Shown one piece after another: positions 61,871 to 64,000 of a stretch of 64,000 nucleotides of DNA. The position numbers were made by a program, and so were the translations under genes. The notes below the pieces were generated by a model. The model was not told the origin of the DNA and ran no database searches. It worked only from the letters and a program-made list of their open reading frames with translations. How positions within the stretch are numbered: position 1 is the first letter of the stretch; every line of letters starts with the position of its first letter. The stretch comes from a virus. The stretch covers positions 1,409 through 65,408 of the IMG/VR virus record IMGVR_UViG_3300045988_083295; one strand, 5' to 3'.

Positions 61871-62381
61871 CATTCAAACCAACGAAACAAAATCAAAGAT
61901 TAAGATTATCGGAGTATATCCGCAGACCAAAAAACATCTGTATGAGGTATATGCTACGCCTATCAAGTTCAAGAAGCTGCACCCCGATGCCGTTACGCCT
62001 ACACACGCCTACTTCGGTGATGCAGGGTTCGACCTGACAGCTGTAGGAAAGAAGATTGACAGAACCAACCGATGCATTATCTACAACATCGGCATTGCCG
62101 TTGAGATTCCACTCGGCTATGCCATGTTTATCTTCCCACGCTCGTCAGCATACAAGCATGATGCTCTTATGGCGAACTGTGTGGGCGTAATCGATTCGGG
62201 GTATCGTGGGGATATTCACGTTATGTTCAAGGGGCTTGACGCTAACTATAACGTTGGAGATCGTATCGCTCAGGCCGTCATCTTGAAGGTTGACCCATTC
62301 TATTTTAAGGAAGCGGATGAGTTGTATGTCGGCTCTCGCGGTGAGAATGGTCTTGGTAGCAGCGGAGTAAAAAACAACTAA
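61857..62381 (+). CDS. dut: dUTP diphosphatase (trimeric dUTPase)
   Basis: DAGFDLTAV, IFPRSS and GVIDSGYRGDI motifs. ATG 61857 is preferred to the upstream alternative start of track ORF 61764. Confidence 0.85.
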   Translation: MSENNIQTNETKSKIKIIGVYPQTKKHLYEVYATPIKFKKLHPDAVTPTHAYFGDAGFDLTAVGKKIDRTNRCIIYNIGIAVEIPLGYAMFIFPRSSAYKHDALMANCVGVIDSGYRGDIHVMFKGLDANYNVGDRIAQAVILKVDPFYFKEADELYVGSRGENGLGSSGVKNN

Positions 62382-62394
62382 CATTTAAAAGAAT

Positions 62395-62787
62395 ATGGAT
62401 AAATACATTCTGAAGATGACTGTCCTCGCTGAGGGCATGTCGATGGAAGAAGCACAAGAGAAGGGCTATCTCAACAGAATAGATGCCGAGAAGATGCTCA
62501 GCAAGGGAGGTATCATGACGGGTGCACTCGTTCGGTACGAGAATGGATATCAGTCGTGGATGCCAGAAGATGTGTTCAATTCGTGTAGAAAGAAGAACAG
62601 CACCTTCCTAGAACGTCTCGTTGCCGAACGTGACGAACTTGTTGAGAAGATGGAGAAGTTGACCCTCTTCCTCAAGTCAGACATCTTTATGAATATGAAC
62701 GATTACTCACGTGATCTCCTGATGGAGCAGTACCGCATTATGACTAACTATGTGGACTGCCTTAATCGTAGGATTAAGGGGCACTGA
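62395..62787 (+). CDS. Hypothetical protein
   Basis: ORF track. Confidence 0.6.
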   Translation: MDKYILKMTVLAEGMSMEEAQEKGYLNRIDAEKMLSKGGIMTGALVRYENGYQSWMPEDVFNSCRKKNSTFLERLVAERDELVEKMEKLTLFLKSDIFMNMNDYSRDLLMEQYRIMTNYVDCLNRRIKGH

Positions 62788-62947
62788 TTGCACTGAATCT
62801 TAATCCTTGGAACTGAAGATGTTAAAGGCGAATGTCTACAAGTAGATTCATATAAGGAGAGTTTGCACCTTGTCATTCTATGCGGTGGTTCTCTTGGGTG
62901 GAAGCGCAGGAATGCTTACCTTTGCGCTGTTACCATCTCCGTAACAC

Positions 62948-63026
62948 ATAGTACTATTATTTAACGACCGACCCATCTAGGGTCTTCGACTCCCGACACA
63001 ACAGTGTTGGGAGTTTTTTATGCCCG
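62948..63026 (+). repeat. Copy B of the ~80-bp structured 3' module (inverted partner at 38615-38696)
   Basis: TAGTACTATTATTTAACG, the GACCC/GGGTC hairpin and the terminator hairpin. There are two compensatory base-pair changes relative to copy A. Confidence 0.85.
62990..63019 (+). terminator. Rho-independent terminator closing the early region
   Basis: CTCCCGACA / TGTTGGGAG stem, followed by TTTTTT. Confidence 0.8.
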
Positions 63027-63029
63027 TAT

Positions 63030-63075
63030 GGAGACGAAAATACACAGATGGAGTGTGTGCTACCTAATATCTTTG
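63030..63075 (+). promoter_or_regulatory. Late promoter copy: GGAGACGAAAATAC box plus TATCTTTG -7 box
   Basis: GACGAAAATAC starts 35 nt upstream of TATCTTTG (63068-63075). ATG at 63097. Confidence 0.55.
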
Positions 63076-63096
63076 CCATTAAAAATATATTGACAT

Positions 63097-63864
63097 ATGA
63101 TTGGAGCAATTGTAGGTGCGGCAACTGGGTTGGCCAGTTCTATATATGGAGGCATTGCCTCGGCTAGAGCCGCGAGAAAGCAAAAAAATGAGATAGCACG
63201 ACAGAAGGAGGCTAATAAGGCTTGGTATGAGAGGCGCTACAATGAGGATGCCACGCAGAGGAGCGATGCCCAGCGACTCCTTACGAAGACGCGTGAGGCG
63301 TATGAGAAGCGCAATCGTGAGGCTGCGGCAACTCAGGCCGTTGTGGGTGGTAGCGATGAATCTGTTGCGGCTACCAGAGAAGCCAATGCGAAGGGACTCG
63401 CTGATACGGCAAGCCAAATCAATGCGGCAAGCGAGGCTCGCAAGGATTCAGTTGAAGAATCCTATCGCAACCAAGACCAGCAGTTGGCCGGGCAGTTATC
63501 TGCCCTTGAGGCTCAGCGTTCGGCTAACATTGCCAATGCCACAAGTCAAGCCGTTGGTGCGGCTGCTCAGCTGGGTAGCGCAATCGATGGCTCGGTTGAA
63601 GACAGAAGAGCCAAGAAGGAAGAAGCGGCCAAGGCGGCACAGGCACAAGCTGCGGCTGAAGCCAAGACTTCGGGTGCGGCTCTCAACGCTCAGGTGGTGC
63701 AACAACAGCAACCGCAACAGTGGCTCTCTCCATTGGAGCCTACTCAGGCGGCCGAACCTATCAAGCTGAATGAATTTCATGGGGATAATAAGAAGAAACC
63801 TGACAACTGGATGGATATGTCTATCTTCGATAATGCTAAGAGAGCGCAGAATGCGACTTTTTAA
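63097..63864 (+). CDS. Gly-zipper N-terminal helix plus coiled-coil protein (internal virion/ejection-protein candidate)
   Basis: MIGAIVGAATGLASSIYGGIASA, followed by a long charged A/Q/E-rich region. First gene after the late promoter. Confidence 0.6.
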   Translation: MIGAIVGAATGLASSIYGGIASARAARKQKNEIARQKEANKAWYERRYNEDATQRSDAQRLLTKTREAYEKRNREAAATQAVVGGSDESVAATREANAKGLADTASQINAASEARKDSVEESYRNQDQQLAGQLSALEAQRSANIANATSQAVGAAAQLGSAIDGSVEDRRAKKEEAAKAAQAQAAAEAKTSGAALNAQVVQQQQPQQWLSPLEPTQAAEPIKLNEFHGDNKKKPDNWMDMSIFDNAKRAQNATF

Positions 63865-63867
63865 ACT

Positions 63868-64000
63868 ATGGGAAGTACATTTGACTATATAACGGGGAAG
63901 GACAAGAAGCAGACCCCTACGGCACAGCCAGCGCAACAGCCTACTCAGGTGGCACAGCCAGCGCAACAGCCTACTCAGGTGGCACAGCCAGCGCAACAGC
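63868..64000 (+). CDS. 5' part of an ORF with PAQQPTQVAQ repeats, continuing beyond the window
   Basis: ATG at 63868. Hand translation MGSTFDYITGKDKKQTPTAQPAQQPTQVAQPAQQPTQVAQPAQQ, still open at the window end. Confidence 0.5.
   Translation, partial: MGSTFDYITGKDKKQTPTAQPAQQPTQVAQPAQQPTQVAQPAQQ
63922..64000 (+). repeat. Perfect 30-bp tandem repeat (2.6 copies visible, truncated by the window end)
   Basis: GCACAGCCAGCGCAACAGCCTACTCAGGTG repeats at 63922, 63952 and 63982, in frame. Confidence 0.9.

Larger units (their letters stand above)
1..64000. mobile_element. Contiguous genome segment of a temperate tailed phage of a Bacteroidota (Bacteroides/Prevotella-like) host
   Basis: terL, capsid/portal-like genes, tail fibres, holin/endolysin, integrase, CI-like repressor, RecT-like/YqaJ pair and replication genes are contiguous. 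Several promoters match the Bacteroides TAnnTTTG -7 box. No host housekeeping genes seen. Confidence 0.85.

Noticed and set aside
38615-63026. The ~80-bp inverted repeats as termini of a transposon or an invertible 24-kb segment
   Set aside because: The enclosed block carries the phage's own repressor, integrase, replication and recombination genes. There is no transposase or invertase next to the repeats. Each copy is simply explained as a terminator module facing outwards. Inversion cannot be excluded without read-pair evidence.
63496-63996. Minus-strand 166-aa ORF with MRWLCHLSRLLRWLCHLS repeats
   Set aside because: It is the antisense reading of the 30-bp tandem repeat and of the 63097-63864 gene, so it is a repeat-generated artefact.
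63922-64000. Possible CRISPR array
   Set aside because: The 30-bp units are directly adjacent with no spacers, are in frame within an ORF, and there are no cas genes.
1-64000. Alternative genetic code or stop-codon reassignment, as in some Bacteroidota phages
   Set aside because: terL, the capsid-like and portal-like genes and the 4,984-codon ORF are all intact in the standard code. Only one in-frame TAA (53550) was found.

Overview
The whole 64-kb window reads as one contiguous genome segment of a temperate tailed phage of a Bacteroidota host. Promoters fit the Bacteroides TAnnTTTG -7 box, no host housekeeping genes are present, and the integrase is internal, so this is probably the replicative/virion form rather than an integrated prophage. 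The layout is as follows. (i) nt 12-38584 (+) is a late region. It holds a giant polyvalent protein of at least 4,984 aa that is still open at the left edge, terL, scaffold-like and capsid-like genes, a portal-like gene and several tail-fibre genes. It also holds an embedded GT2 glycosyltransferase and a lysis cassette of holin, PI-PLC-like phosphodiesterase and GH108 endolysin. (ii) nt 38.6-44.5 kb (-) is a lysogeny/accessory block with hicAB, a tyrosine integrase with a candidate attP, an HTH-TM fusion protein, a CI/LexA-like repressor and small membrane proteins. (iii) nt 44.5-62.8 kb (+) is an early region. It holds a Cro-like gene, a tRNA cluster (2 canonical tRNAs plus 2 aberrant tRNA-like elements), a RecT-like/YqaJ recombination pair, HU, VRR-NUC, a DUF4373-type initiator with internal iterons, and a DnaC-like loader. 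It also holds Dam with a vestigial DpnII-type R gene, a GNAT, an SPFH lipoprotein, dUTPase and many small paralogous ORFs. (iv) From 63.1 kb a new late operon starts. The most notable observations are the giant multi-enzyme protein and the aberrant tRNA-like elements. Others are a structured ~80-bp 3' module present as an inverted pair bracketing the early/lysogeny block (with compensatory base changes), hicAB flanked by a perfect 14-nt inverted repeat, and a three-times-repeated late-promoter architecture. A phospholipase-C-like gene inside the lysis cassette and a paralogue split by one in-frame TAA complete the list. All functional calls come from motifs recognised by eye. No database search was run, so family names are hypotheses to be confirmed with HMM or structure searches.
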